From: Octopus vulgaris
Lineage: Eukaryota
Assembly (NCBI GenBank): GCA_951406725.2
Contig: OX597816.1
Coordinates: forward strand, 100,192,001 to 100,256,000
DNA length: 64,000 nucleotides
Reading direction: 5' to 3'
Position 1 is the first letter of the stretch, and each line of letters starts with the position of its first letter. The notes under the pieces were generated by a model. It made no database searches. It was not told where the DNA came from and saw nothing but the letters and a program-made list of their open reading frames with translations. Shown piece after piece: positions 13,270 to 24,993 of the stretch. The position numbers and the translations under genes are program-made.

Positions 13270-13580
13270 GCTAGTAGTTAGTGTCAGGCTCACAAGCATG
13301 AGGAGATTGATTCCCAGACCAGGTTGTCTGTTGTGTTCTTGAACAAGACGTGTTATTTCACGTTACTCCAGTTCACTCAGCTGTAAAAATGGGTTGCAAT
13401 GTCACTAGTGCCAAGCTATATCAGCCTTTGCCTTTCTCTTGGATAATATCAGTGGTGTGGAGAAGGGAGGCTGTTATTCATGGGAGACTGCTGGTCTTCC
13501 ATGATGACCTTGCCCAGACTTGTGTCTTGGAGTGGAACTTTCTAGATGTAATCCTATGGTCATTAATGACCAAAAGGGTT
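13270..13580 (+). mobile_element. tRNA-derived SINE with CORE/V-like central motif
   Basis: GATTCCCAGACC head, GTGTTCTTGAACAAGAC, CTCCAGTTCACTCAGCTGTAAAAATGGGT; flanked by (TA)n. Confidence 0.65.
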
Positions 13581-14285
13581 CTATATATATAAATATATAT
13601 ATATAGATATATGATATTTTTAAAGATTTTTCTTGCTCTAAATCATTAGTTCAGTTGGCTCAACTAATGTTTGCTTGCAGTATGCTTGGTTAAACCCTTT
13701 CTTTTCTAAATAATATCTCAGCACTAATTGGTGTTGGTTTGTTATGTAAATTCAATTCTAAGAATTTAGATTGCTCCTGTTTCAAGTTAGATGGTGCCTT
13801 ATTTCATTTATCTAGCATATGTTTATTAACTAAGTAGAATGCATTCTATAAGTAATATATATGTTGCTTAAATGTATAAAAACCTATGCAGTAGTTTCTA
13901 CATTAAGTTTCTAAAATTCCTTAATGGAAATTTGATACACAAAGCAAAATGTTTTTGTTTCATTTAACCATCTTGGAGGCTGGGGTTCTGTTGTAATATA
14001 TTTTATGAGAAATTTAATTTGAATTCATATGTGTAGCCTTTTATCCATCTTTCTTTCATTTTTTAAAATTGCAATTCAATTTTATTGGTTGGTCTTGGTG
14101 TTTCTCTATAGAAACTGCCAGATTAATTCTCCTATTATGTTTCTTTGTTTCTCCTCCAATTATAACTTAGATTTTCTTAAGCAACATCACTATGATATTT
14201 ATACACTGTTTCCTTCATAAATGCTTGATAACTTTAGTTTTGTTATTTTTTAAATGTGAAATCTCACATTTTCATAAGCTTTTCA

Positions 14286-16406
14286 CAGTATGAGATTAAA
14301 TCATTCCATGACAGCTCATTTTATGATTTACACATTTTACAAATCAATTTTCCCCATTGAAATTAATTAAAATATGATTAATCCGTTCCAGCCTCACAAA
14401 ACCACCCAGAAATAATTTTTTAGGAGTTTTAAAACAGAAAAGTTGCAGTTACAAGGAAAATGACAATTATAAAAACATAATAAAAGAGAATGTAAAAAGA
14501 AATATGTAAACTGGTTTTATTACTTAAATTACCTTAAAGACGGGACAATTTGTGCACGAGAAAGATGATGGAGTGGGGAGGAGGAGGATTATTGTTTGGA
14601 AGGAGAATCTCCTTCCATTAAGACATCAGGAAGAACAATTTCTGATATTTTCTCATTTAATTTAGGCTTTTTGGACATACTTTCTTCACTTTTCACACTT
14701 GCAAGTCATTTCAAGAGAAGTCTGATTTTTCCTGCCTTTCAAAATGTTACGAAAATGCACCAAGGCAGTGTCATTAAATAAAGCAGCTGCATAACCTTAA
14801 GATACTTTTACAGGATGAGATTTTTCTATAAATTCTATCTCCTCAACTACAGGTGTATCAGACTCAAACCCCTCAAAGTCCCTTTTGGATATGCAGTTAG
14901 GTCACAGTTTCCTCCACGCAGAATTCAGTGTTCTCATGACACCCTGTCAGGCTATAATGATGATTTTGAGGCAGTTAATGTTGTAGTGCTTCTTTCAAAA
15001 CTAACAACGGGTTAGATTTGTATTTTCGGTGACTTCAAAGTATCAACAAAACAGGTGTTTGGTGTACAATTTCTTAAAATTAGAAATCACTTGTTGGTCT
15101 CTGAACTGCAAGACAGGAGTAGTGTTGTGTGAAAGAAATAACACTTTTATGAATGTAAATTTGTCCAGGATATCATCTTCGAAGTTAGGAGGGTGTGCAG
15201 GAGCATTGTTGAGGATGAGGAGAGCCTTGAGAGGCAGATCGTTCTCCAGAATGTACTTTTTCACTGCTGATCTGAAGATAAGGTTGGTCGACTTGGTGAA
15301 GAATTGACTAGTGATCCAGGCTTTAACATTTGCCCTCCACATGACCTGCAGTTTCTCCTTCAGGATTTTCTGTGACTTGAACATTTGTGGGTTTTCGGCA
15401 TGGTAGACAAAGAGCTGCTTAATCTTCAAGTCTTCACTGGTATTGGCACAAAGGGTGAGAGTTCACCTATCTTTCATAGGCTTGTGGCCTGGCATTTTCT
15501 TCTCTTCTGCATTATATAGGTTCTTCTGAGCATTTTTTCCAGAAAACGCCAGCTTCATCACAGCTGAATACCTGCTGTGTGATGTACCCCTTAGCTGTGA
15601 TGAGCTGATGGAATTCACACATGAAACCCTCAGCTGCTTTCAAGTCAGAACTTGATGCTTCTCCATACTTGTGATACTATGAATACCAGTCCACTTCTTG
15701 AAATTATCGAAGCAGCCACAGCTAGCCTTAAATATGTCTGCTGATGTCTTCTCCATTGATATTCCTGGGTTCGCTTCAGGAGATCCCCATACAGCACTTG
15801 TGTTTTCTCACAGATTATGGTCTCCGTAATTGTATCTCCTGTGAGCTGCTTCTTATTGATCCACAGGAGAAGCAATTTTTCCATCTCTACATGGACAGAT
15901 GTACGTTGCCTGAAGAGCCTGGAGAAACCTTTGCTGTTGTAATGGCCTTGATCTTGTCCTTTTTCTTCAGGGTGGTTGATGTTTTTCAGTCGTATTGATG
16001 TGCTATGTCCACTACATGCACTCCTCTCTCATGTTTACCAATGATTTCCTTCTTCATTTCCGTCATAATCAGCATTTTCTTCTTCACAGCACTGTCCTTT
16101 GCATTAACTTTCTTAGGACACATGGCTAACACATGTAATTATTATAAAATAATAGCAAAAAATGCACAAAACTAAGAATAACACTTAGAAAACACAACAG
16201 AGATGCTACTACAACAAGATAAACGTAAACTGAGCAAACTGAGGCTGTACTTGTTGGAAGAGCATGTTCAAGCTAGTGGTCACGTGTATGAAACTTACTT
16301 GTACTACAGATTTCCACTCATACTTCACTACAAAATTTCGCACAAGCTTTGTCTTGTACGGCAAATTACTTGTACAATGGTACACTTGTACTCTGAGGTT
16401 CTACGG
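14286..16406 (-). mobile_element. Tigger/pogo-like DNA transposon, pseudogenised
   Basis: Minus-strand CENP-B-type HTH MEKLLLLWINKKQLTGDTITETIICEK; DDE_1 remnants GHKPMKDR, ALLILNNAPAHP, NTTPVLQFRDQQVISNFKKLY. Right terminus GTACTCTGAGGTTCTACGG+TA; left terminus eroded, boundary approximate. Confidence 0.88.
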
Positions 16407-17039
16407 TATTAGAAATTCTTGTTATTTTTCTAAGTTAAAATAATGACTGCAGTGTTTGTCATGATAAGAATTTAAGTTTCAACAAGATAAAAAAAAATAA
16501 TAATAAAATTGCATTTGCTTTAAGCGAATTATATGCTACTTCTATAATTTTTGTTCTCTCACTTTCTCTATCAGTTTTTGGTGAATATATTTATCTCCAC
16601 CCTTTTTTCTGATTCTCATTTACTCATGCCTTTACTTATCTCTCTTAACTTTCCTCTTTCTTTCTCTGTGAAGCTCTCTCAGCAATTTAACTTCTCCCTC
16701 TCACTCTCTGTCATGCCCTTTCAATATATACATACATACATACAGATATGCATATATATATATATATTTACTTCTTTTGGCTACTTTCATCTCTTCTTAT
16801 AATTTATTTATTTATTTATCTGAGCAATTTCCATGGTGCATCTGAAATATGTTTTGAATTTTAGTTATGACAGTTTTAATATTTTCTGGCTCTTTAATTA
16901 TTTTACATATTAGCTATATTTGACAGGATTTTACTTAGTTATATTTTTATGCTGGACTGAAGTATTTATGTTCTTGAAAATGATTGACCTTGTATATCTA
17001 AATTTTTGTAATGTTTTAAAGTAATTAATACTGCACAGG

Positions 17040-17640
17040 TCACTTTTTTTAGCCTAACTATGTTTCCCAAGTAAAAAACCTTAAAATCCATTATTCTTAC
17101 ACATGCTTCATACAGCCTGGTTTTGGTATGAAGAGAAAAGCCCTAGGTTGGCAACAGAGGTAATAGCTCCATAAACTTTTACTTTTTTTCTTATTCAAGC
17201 AACTATATTATTACTACATGCAGCACAAATTAGACACACTAAACATAGTAGCTACCTACTATGTGTAGTGAGTCTCTTAGCTGTAGAGGTACTTCACTTT
17301 ATGGGTACCCTTACAGTTATCTACTCTTGGGCATTTATGGCATCTGAAGTTCTTGGGTCATGAACAGCCTGGCAGAAATTCCACTGTATCTGTTGTGCAC
17401 CTAATCACTGCATTGAAGACACATTATTGAGTTCTTCCAACTTCCTATCTACAAATTGAGCAAGGTAACTTCTCATATATCACTGGATGTTGTGTTCTCA
17501 GTAACTAATTAGTACTTCTGTGTTTGTTATGTTGACCTTCAGTTCTTTGACCATTAAACTATTTTTCTGGATTTTGGAATATTTGCTGTGGCCCTTTCCC
17601 AGATTCAGCAATGAGAAACAGGTTATCAGCATAATAAAAG
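17040..17640 (-). mobile_element. Old RTE-type LINE fragment (RT YADD region plus PHD-like finger)
   Basis: Minus strand reads YADNLFLIAES, then PCSIC..NSIMCLQC..VHNRYSGI..FRCHKC. Confidence 0.7.
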
Positions 17641-18189
17641 TTAATCATTGTATAAGATATCATTTATGTAACTGCATTAATTAAAATTTAAAGTCTAACA
17701 TTATATGAATGTGAACTAAATGAAACTTAACTAGTATGCTACAATTTGCTTTGGGAGGTACATATATAATTATGAGTATATAATACACACTGTTTATTTG
17801 AGGTTTTTGGTAAAATATGATTGCCATAATTTAAGATGACTGAAGGACTAATATAACATTATTTGGTTGTGAAACAAGGTGTAGATTTCCTTTTACTATT
17901 TGAAACTTACCTCCAACCTGAATCTGATCATTTATATTTTTGTATGCAAAAATATGCTCCATATTAGAAAAGAACCTAGTAACAGCTTGAACATTGATAT
18001 AGAGACACAGATACTGTTCAGAACAATTATCTTGATTCATCATCATTAAATATGACCTTGTATGAATCAGTGAGAAAGCCTCTATATGGTTATGTAAACT
18101 AAGAGAAATCACAATAAAATTTTCTTCAAATTACATTATACCATATTGATCAGGAAAGCACACTGTGGATTATGTACAAGATGGTCATT

Positions 18190-18295
18190 TGGCAAATTGC
18201 TAGAGAGTTGGGCAAATCCCTTCCATTAGATGTTTCAATGCTTTCCATTCAAATCCTGCTGAGGTCATTTTTGCCTTTCATCCAACCAAGTACTT
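18190..18295 (+). mobile_element. Decayed fragment of the SINE family at 43375
   Basis: TTCAAATCCTGCTGAGGTCATTTTTGCCTTTCATCC matches TTCAAATTCCGCCGAGGTCGACTTTGCCTTTCATCC. Confidence 0.6.
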
Positions 18296-18839
18296 AGATA
18301 GATGTCCTTCAACCTTTTGTCTCAGAATTGATAGTGAGAAGAACTTAGAAGGTTGCTTAAAATATGCTGCTTCTTTACAACAACTATTTCTTCTCTACTG
18401 CAGTGGAAATATGTAGTTACTGAGCTTCAGACAGTATGTGATACATAATGAGTATAAGTTTAAGATATGCAATGTCTGAGAAAATAACAGATTGGTTATT
18501 TGATCATTAAGCTTCCTCAGTCAGGAAAGATTTGGAGCTACAATAACAATAATATATGACCTTATTTTGTAGAATTATAATCAATTCTCTGTTAATATTA
18601 TTAAATTTAATGTAGTAAGTTTATAATCTTATTTTGAGAAGTCACTATTTATTGTCCAAAACAATCTTAGAATTCTGTTGTGTAAAGATATTCAAACATA
18701 AACCAAACAAATTACAACTTCATTTATTAACAAAAACTTCAATATCCCTACATATCTTGCATTTATTTTCTTTCCTCCACCTCACTCTCTATTTTGTATC
18801 ACATCTAAACTAACTATGACTTAGCCATCCTCTCACACT

Positions 18840-18890
18840 GTCTCGATGAAGGGATATAATTAATAAATATCCTGGAAACAGTTGTAAGAC
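18840..18890 (+). ncRNA. Degenerate minimal type I hammerhead ribozyme, Penelope pseudo-LTR type
   Basis: GTCT-C(-)GATGA-A-GGGATAT[loop]ATATCCT-G-GAAA-CAGTTG-TA-AGAC: stem I GTCT/AGAC, stem II, GAAA box, near-palindromic stem III. Core lacks one T. Confidence 0.55.
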
Positions 18891-21758
18891 CATCTATCTA
18901 TAAATGTTCTAATATCAACACAGCCTTGGTTTTTTATCTCATTACACAAAAAACTCTTAAAAATATACATATTTTGAAAGATTTTCGACTAATGGTCAAG
19001 AAATGAGACAATTTTAAATGTATTACTTCAGATAGACTTCTAGGAGTAAAGTTTTAGTTTCCTACTCTGAAGTTAAACTTTCTAGACATATATGCATACT
19101 TACACTATCTTAAACACAGCAAAAATAAAATGCATATTTCCTAAGTATTCAATCAACAGAAAAAGACAAATATTTTCCTATAATTTATTTTTCTTTCCTA
19201 TAACAATAAATAACAGACAATCTACAGTTTAGCATCCTTCTTTGGGGAGGCAATTAAGTAATGGCTGTTATACATTACTGTGCAAGATATGACAAGGAAG
19301 TGAAACATAAACCAAGAAAGTATAAATACACAATAAATACTTATCCAATTTTAGGTGGAAAAGTATTTGATAAATTAATTCAACAAGATATTGGATAAAT
19401 ATCTGGGAAATATCTCATTGCAAGTTGTGCAACAAAGATTATTTTATATTAATGTACTCCAAATCAAAAACATGAATGTCAACATATTGAATGATCTTGT
19501 AGAGTGTTTACTTTATTGTCCATTCTGTGGTAAAATATATGTTGATTAATATGTTCTTCATTCATAGCACATGAAAAAAATACTCAGTTAAACTTTCTTA
19601 AAAATAATTTCATGAAATTAAACAAGAGTTATCAATTTATTTTGTTTATTTTAAATTTGTAAGTATTAAAATATTTCAAGAGTGTTTTCATGGAAAAGTC
19701 TTAGTGCTTTGATAATTTCTTTTCGTAACTTTTTCTGTTCTTTTACAATTTGAAAAATGAAAGTTTTTCTGTATTTATGTTCACTGTCTTTTCCTTTCTT
19801 TTCATTTTGATTACATTATATTTGATCATATATTTTTTATTCAGATGGAGATGTTTACTTCAAAATATTGCTATTTTTAACTGTTAAATTTCTACGAATA
19901 CATATATTTTAGATTTATGATTATCTCCTGGATAGACTTTTATATTTGTTCAGCAATTCTTTATGCTAGCCTTTAATGACATAGTCAGCTTCTGGTTGGT
20001 TAAGGTTAATATTTAGAAGTTGTTTGAATTATAGTTACCATTATTTATCTAAAACAATCTTCATAGATTGCACCAATAATTTTTAGAATACTGAATTGAT
20101 ACAGGCTAATTTTTAATATTTCAGTTTATTGAAAGAAGATTACCAAATTTTTCGACTTCTAGTCAAGTATATTTGAACTCACATTTTTTTGTCATTCATT
20201 TTTTAACTGATCAGAATTCAGTCTTTCATTAAAACTACATAAATTTTGATTCATTGATTAAATTATTTAATTATTTACTAATTTATGGAATTTTCTAAAC
20301 TGCAATTATGTACTTAAGCTTTCGTGTTAATATGAAGTAATAAATCCTTGAGCTTGTGATTTTTTTATTCTAAACATTTCCTCTATTCAGTCATGAATGT
20401 TATCAAAAGCTGGTATTACTCAATACTGGGCCTAAAATTTGAAGTTGAGATAATTTATTTTATAATATACTTATTCAAGTTGTTTTGTTCCCCTTTAATT
20501 AAAATCTCTTTTTTTAATCAATATTGTTGAAGTTTTGAATTTTCATCTTTTATCTCTTATAGCTTTTTAAGTAATAAGCAAAAATTGCATTCTGTAAAGA
20601 ATTGTTTTATCAGTCTCGATATAAAAAAGAAAACTATTAATAACTGTTCATTAAAACTTCAACTCATCATTTAGCTATTGTTCATTTGTCCTTTCATTGT
20701 GTTGTCCTCACTTTTTATCATTTCATTCTTTTTGTTTATGGTTGTCTAAAAGCCAGTTTTCTTTTTCATGCCACTGTAATTATTTTGGTTTGGATCTATG
20801 CCATAACTTTTCTGCAGCCATTCATCTATGTAATATTGCCATAGCAAAACGGATATATAAGTCACTCGGGAAAAGAAAACATATTCTAATGTGATTATTG
20901 TCATTTCTATTACTTAAGTAAAACAATTGTTCCATTGGAATAATTTTTAAAATTCTTTTATTCTTTTATTGTTACTTATATGATATAGCAAGGTCATATA
21001 ATACAAATGTCACACACTTTTACTTACTGAGTCAATCTCAAAATGGCATTTTCCCATTGTAATTTAAAGATTTACACCAATTTCTCCAGCAAATTCATAG
21101 TGAATTACTACTCTGAGGGAGAAAAATATACTATTTTATGTAAAATGTCCTATTTTCTTCTAAGGATCTTCATAACATGTTATGACTTCTGATCATACTC
21201 TGAATCAAAACTTAAATTTTACAGTAAAATGGACGAGAACTTTGTAAAGGCTGTCCAAGTTACATTGAAAATGTCTCAATAAATTCTGTAGGATCTAAAG
21301 TATCATGATATCAAAACAAAATCTTTTAGCAACACTTGATAAATACTCATAGTATCTTTTTGTTTTTCATTGAGCAGATAACACCTTTCATATCCTTGTC
21401 TGATGCATCAAAGAACTATTTTCTCTGTTTGGAACACCTGGTGCTATCTGTAGTGACAGTATAGCTCAATTCCTATCAGTGGAAATCTTACATAACAAGA
21501 AATCATGCAAAAGAGAACCATTTTCAAAAATCCTAGAAGTAATGGGTAATGCAAGAACACCATCAGACAACGTGAAAGTCAGTGCAGTTAGCTTTAGAAT
21601 TGCAGAATCTTCCAGAGTATCTTTTGGAAAATCTTTTTTTCAGAGTATTTCATTCAATTCATTCTTTGCTATGAATGTTATGCTCCAGATGGTGTGTCTT
21701 CTTGGATAATTTCACTTAACTCTGACCTTATAAAAAAAATCATATACATATATGTATA

Positions 21759-21921
21759 GGTGCAGGAGTGGCTGTGTGGTAAGTAGCTTGCTAACCAACC
21801 ACATGGTTGCGGGTTCCGTCCCACTGCGTGGCATCTTGGGCAAGTGTCTTCTGCTATAGGCCCGGGCCGACCAATACCTTGTGAGTGGATTTGGTAGACG
21901 GAAACTGAAAGAAGCCTGTCG

Positions 21922-21986
<65 letters not shown>

Positions 21987-22194
21987 TTGTGTGTCTGTGT
22001 TTGTCCCCCTAGCATTGCTTGACAACTGATGCTGGTATGTTTACGTCTCCGTCACTTAGCGGTTCGGCAAAAGAGACCGATAGAATAAGTACTGGGCTTA
22101 CAAAGAATAAGTCTCGGGGTCGATTTGATCGACTAAAGGCAGTGCTCCAGCATGGCCGCAGTCAAATGACTGAAACAAGTAAAAGAGTAAAGAG
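21759..22194 (+). mobile_element. Full-length tRNA-derived SINE with internal microsatellite (family B)
   Basis: A box TGGCTGTGTGG, B box GGTTCCGTCCC, internal (TA)n(TG)n, tail GAAACAAGTAAAAGAGTAAAGAG; many CpGs retained. Confidence 0.9.
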
Positions 22195-24322
22195 GATATG
22201 CAAAAATGATCTGTTAATAGAAGAAACTGGGATGTAATTATGTGTTTTTTTTTCTGAAAAGTAATGGAGTAATAGACACTATTTAACTTTGTGATTTGCC
22301 ATTATGTCTGATATCTCAAGATCAAATAGTTAAGCTTACAGAATCAGACTTATAATTGCTAATTCAATTCTAGATTTCAGTAACACTCCCAATCCTCTCT
22401 TTTCCCACAACAATGCTATTTTTCAAATGGAAGAATTTCTTAGAAGCAGCAAAAGTAAAATTATTTCTACTGGGTTCAGTTTTCACTATGGCTTATTAAT
22501 GATGATTAACTTCATCATTTACAGGGAACTACTTTTACCATAAAATCTAATTTCGGACTTGAGTTACACTTTTATTGCTAACTTTTGCTAATTTTTCAAT
22601 TTCATAGTTCATTGCTTTTCTTTAAATAGTTAATGCAGTTTTTAATAATTAGTGTATCATATGATGGGTAAGTTCTCTCGGTACTTAAACCAGAGGTTGA
22701 ACTCTGGTATCAGTCATTAAAAAATCACTTTGATATGTGGATCTCTGATTGTTTTTTTTGTGACAGTGGTATTAAACAACTTTTCCTCTATTTGAGTCAA
22801 GTGTTACAAACTATGATTATTTCATTTATTACATAGCATCACAGAAACAAAGATCATATTAGAAATATATACAGAAAACCATTTATGTTTCAATGCTATT
22901 CTTTTATACATTATTGTTGATACTCAAGATTGAGCTTCTATCCTTAAGAAAAGAAGCAGCCAATTCAAGACAATATTTTACTTCAGTGATGTCTGGATTC
23001 TAAATAAATGAATTAAAAAAAAAAGAAAATAATGGAGACTTATTCCTGCATTTCATAAAGTTTAGTTTTTTTATTTTTCTTTTTCATTTTTCTTTATCTA
23101 CATTATTCACTCTCATATTGTTTGGGTAAAATTATAATGTATGTACCTAATTACTGTAAATAGTAGTAAAGGAAACCTTTTCTGTTTTATTCATCCTACC
23201 AAAAAAAGAAAAAGAAAATCTGATTGATTTCTCAATATATAATGTTTTGTTGATAACAATAAAAATTTTAGGTAAAGAATTCCCAGTATTCTCACATTTG
23301 CACTACTTTATTCTGCAACTTATAAAGGTTTATGTTTTCTTATGGGTTTTTTTTTTTTTTTTTTTTGCTTTTGTCTGTCTTATCATCCATCAATAACATT
23401 CATTCTAACTCTTGCTGTTCCACTTTCGTCTTTTCTAATAAAAACTGGAAAATATATCTTTATTGCACCACTTTTATCAATACTATAATTCATGGATATC
23501 AAAAGAAATATTCTCATAGACTCATACTTTACATATACACATGGAGCCTTAATTGTAGAAAGTATTTGATAAAAGTATGGATGTAGAGACTATTATAAAA
23601 TTTTGATTTTTATAAGTATATACATAGCCAAATATATAATTTAATAAAACTTTCAATTCAATCCTTGCTCATAAATGTAATGTGTACATGTATGAGTATG
23701 CAGAGATTATTGTATAGTATATGTGTTTTGAAAGTGATGTTACTGACCAGACATTTTGTAAATTATACATTTTTATACAACTAATTAATCGATTAAAGAT
23801 ATAAACAAAACATTGAGAACAGAGAAAAGGAATTTGAATTATTTATATTAGATCATCTTTGAGTTATTACTTTCCATATAAATTCCATATATATTAAGAT
23901 AAATCAAAATATACAATTTCAGCTTCAGAAATCTGATTGGTTTAGTATTTCATACTGTTAGTTTCTCTTATACTCAAACTCTTTTATTCTCAACAGAATA
24001 TACTTGAGCATTTTAATGAATTAATTTGTTGCTTATTCATGTGCTGAGATCATAATTTTATTCAAAATATTACTTCCTTATCACTACAAAATGTTGTTTT
24101 GTTTATTTAAGTATGATTGGTTTCAAGGTATATTCTGATTCTTATAAGGCTGTTGAGTATTTCATAATAAAATTTGCTACTGTTCATTTTACTTTATGCT
24201 CACCTGGAAAATTGCTTTCATTTAGGATTCATTTATTGAAGATATGCTGGTTGAATTTGTGAGGGTTGTTTAAACTTAATACTTTAATAATTCAATCCAG
24301 ATTACTTGTTGTGTTAGAAATA

Positions 24323-24323
24323 G

Positions 24324-24368
<45 letters not shown>
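24323..24368. repeat. (GT)n(GA)n microsatellite
   Basis: Read directly. Confidence 0.95.
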
Positions 24369-24374
<6 letters not shown>

Positions 24375-24942
24375 ATAAATACATTCTAAAGTGTAAGGTA
24401 TAGTGTTTACAAAATTTCATGCATTTTTTTTTTTTAGAAATGGCTGAAATAATAGCAAGATGACACAATTCACTGTGGGGCCTGTGTATAGAGAGAATTG
24501 GTGAATGAAGGCTTGTCGATCAAACAAACTGATTTTTGCTTTAGTATTCACTTATTAGGCTTTAATCATTTTATACTACTGTGATATGTTGTGATTCTTT
24601 AATTATTTTCCTGAGATTTGATGATTGTTGTAAGATTGGAAAATATTATTTGGCTGAATGCAAGTTGTTTCTAGGATTATTGTTGACTGCAAGAATGGAC
24701 TAAGGACTTTAAGAATTAAATAATAAATTTTAAGTTGAAATTTTCAATTTCAGTTTCATTAATAGATCTTGTTTAGATAATATTTAGATAATAGAATTCC
24801 TATTAGAAATGTGAGATTTTGAAGAACTGTGGTTGGTCGCATATAAAAATTGTAAAAATATAACTATTATATAAATTAGCATGAATTTTGATGATGCAAT
24901 ATAACAATTGCTGATGTCTTCTGTAACTGTAATTTTTGCCAG

Positions 24943-24993
24943 ATGTTTTGGCTTTTTTTTTTACCTGTAGTCATGTCACTTTTACCTACTAAG
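24943..24993 (+). other. Candidate 51-nt cassette or alternative-start exon (MFWLFFLPVVMSLLPTK)
   Basis: TTTTTGCCAG|ATG...AAG|GTATGT; open in phase 0/0; second acceptor at 24969-70. Motif evidence only. Confidence 0.2.

Noticed and set aside
21759-21835. tRNA gene
   Set aside because: A/B boxes belong to a SINE head that continues into a multi-copy body; no complete cloverleaf.
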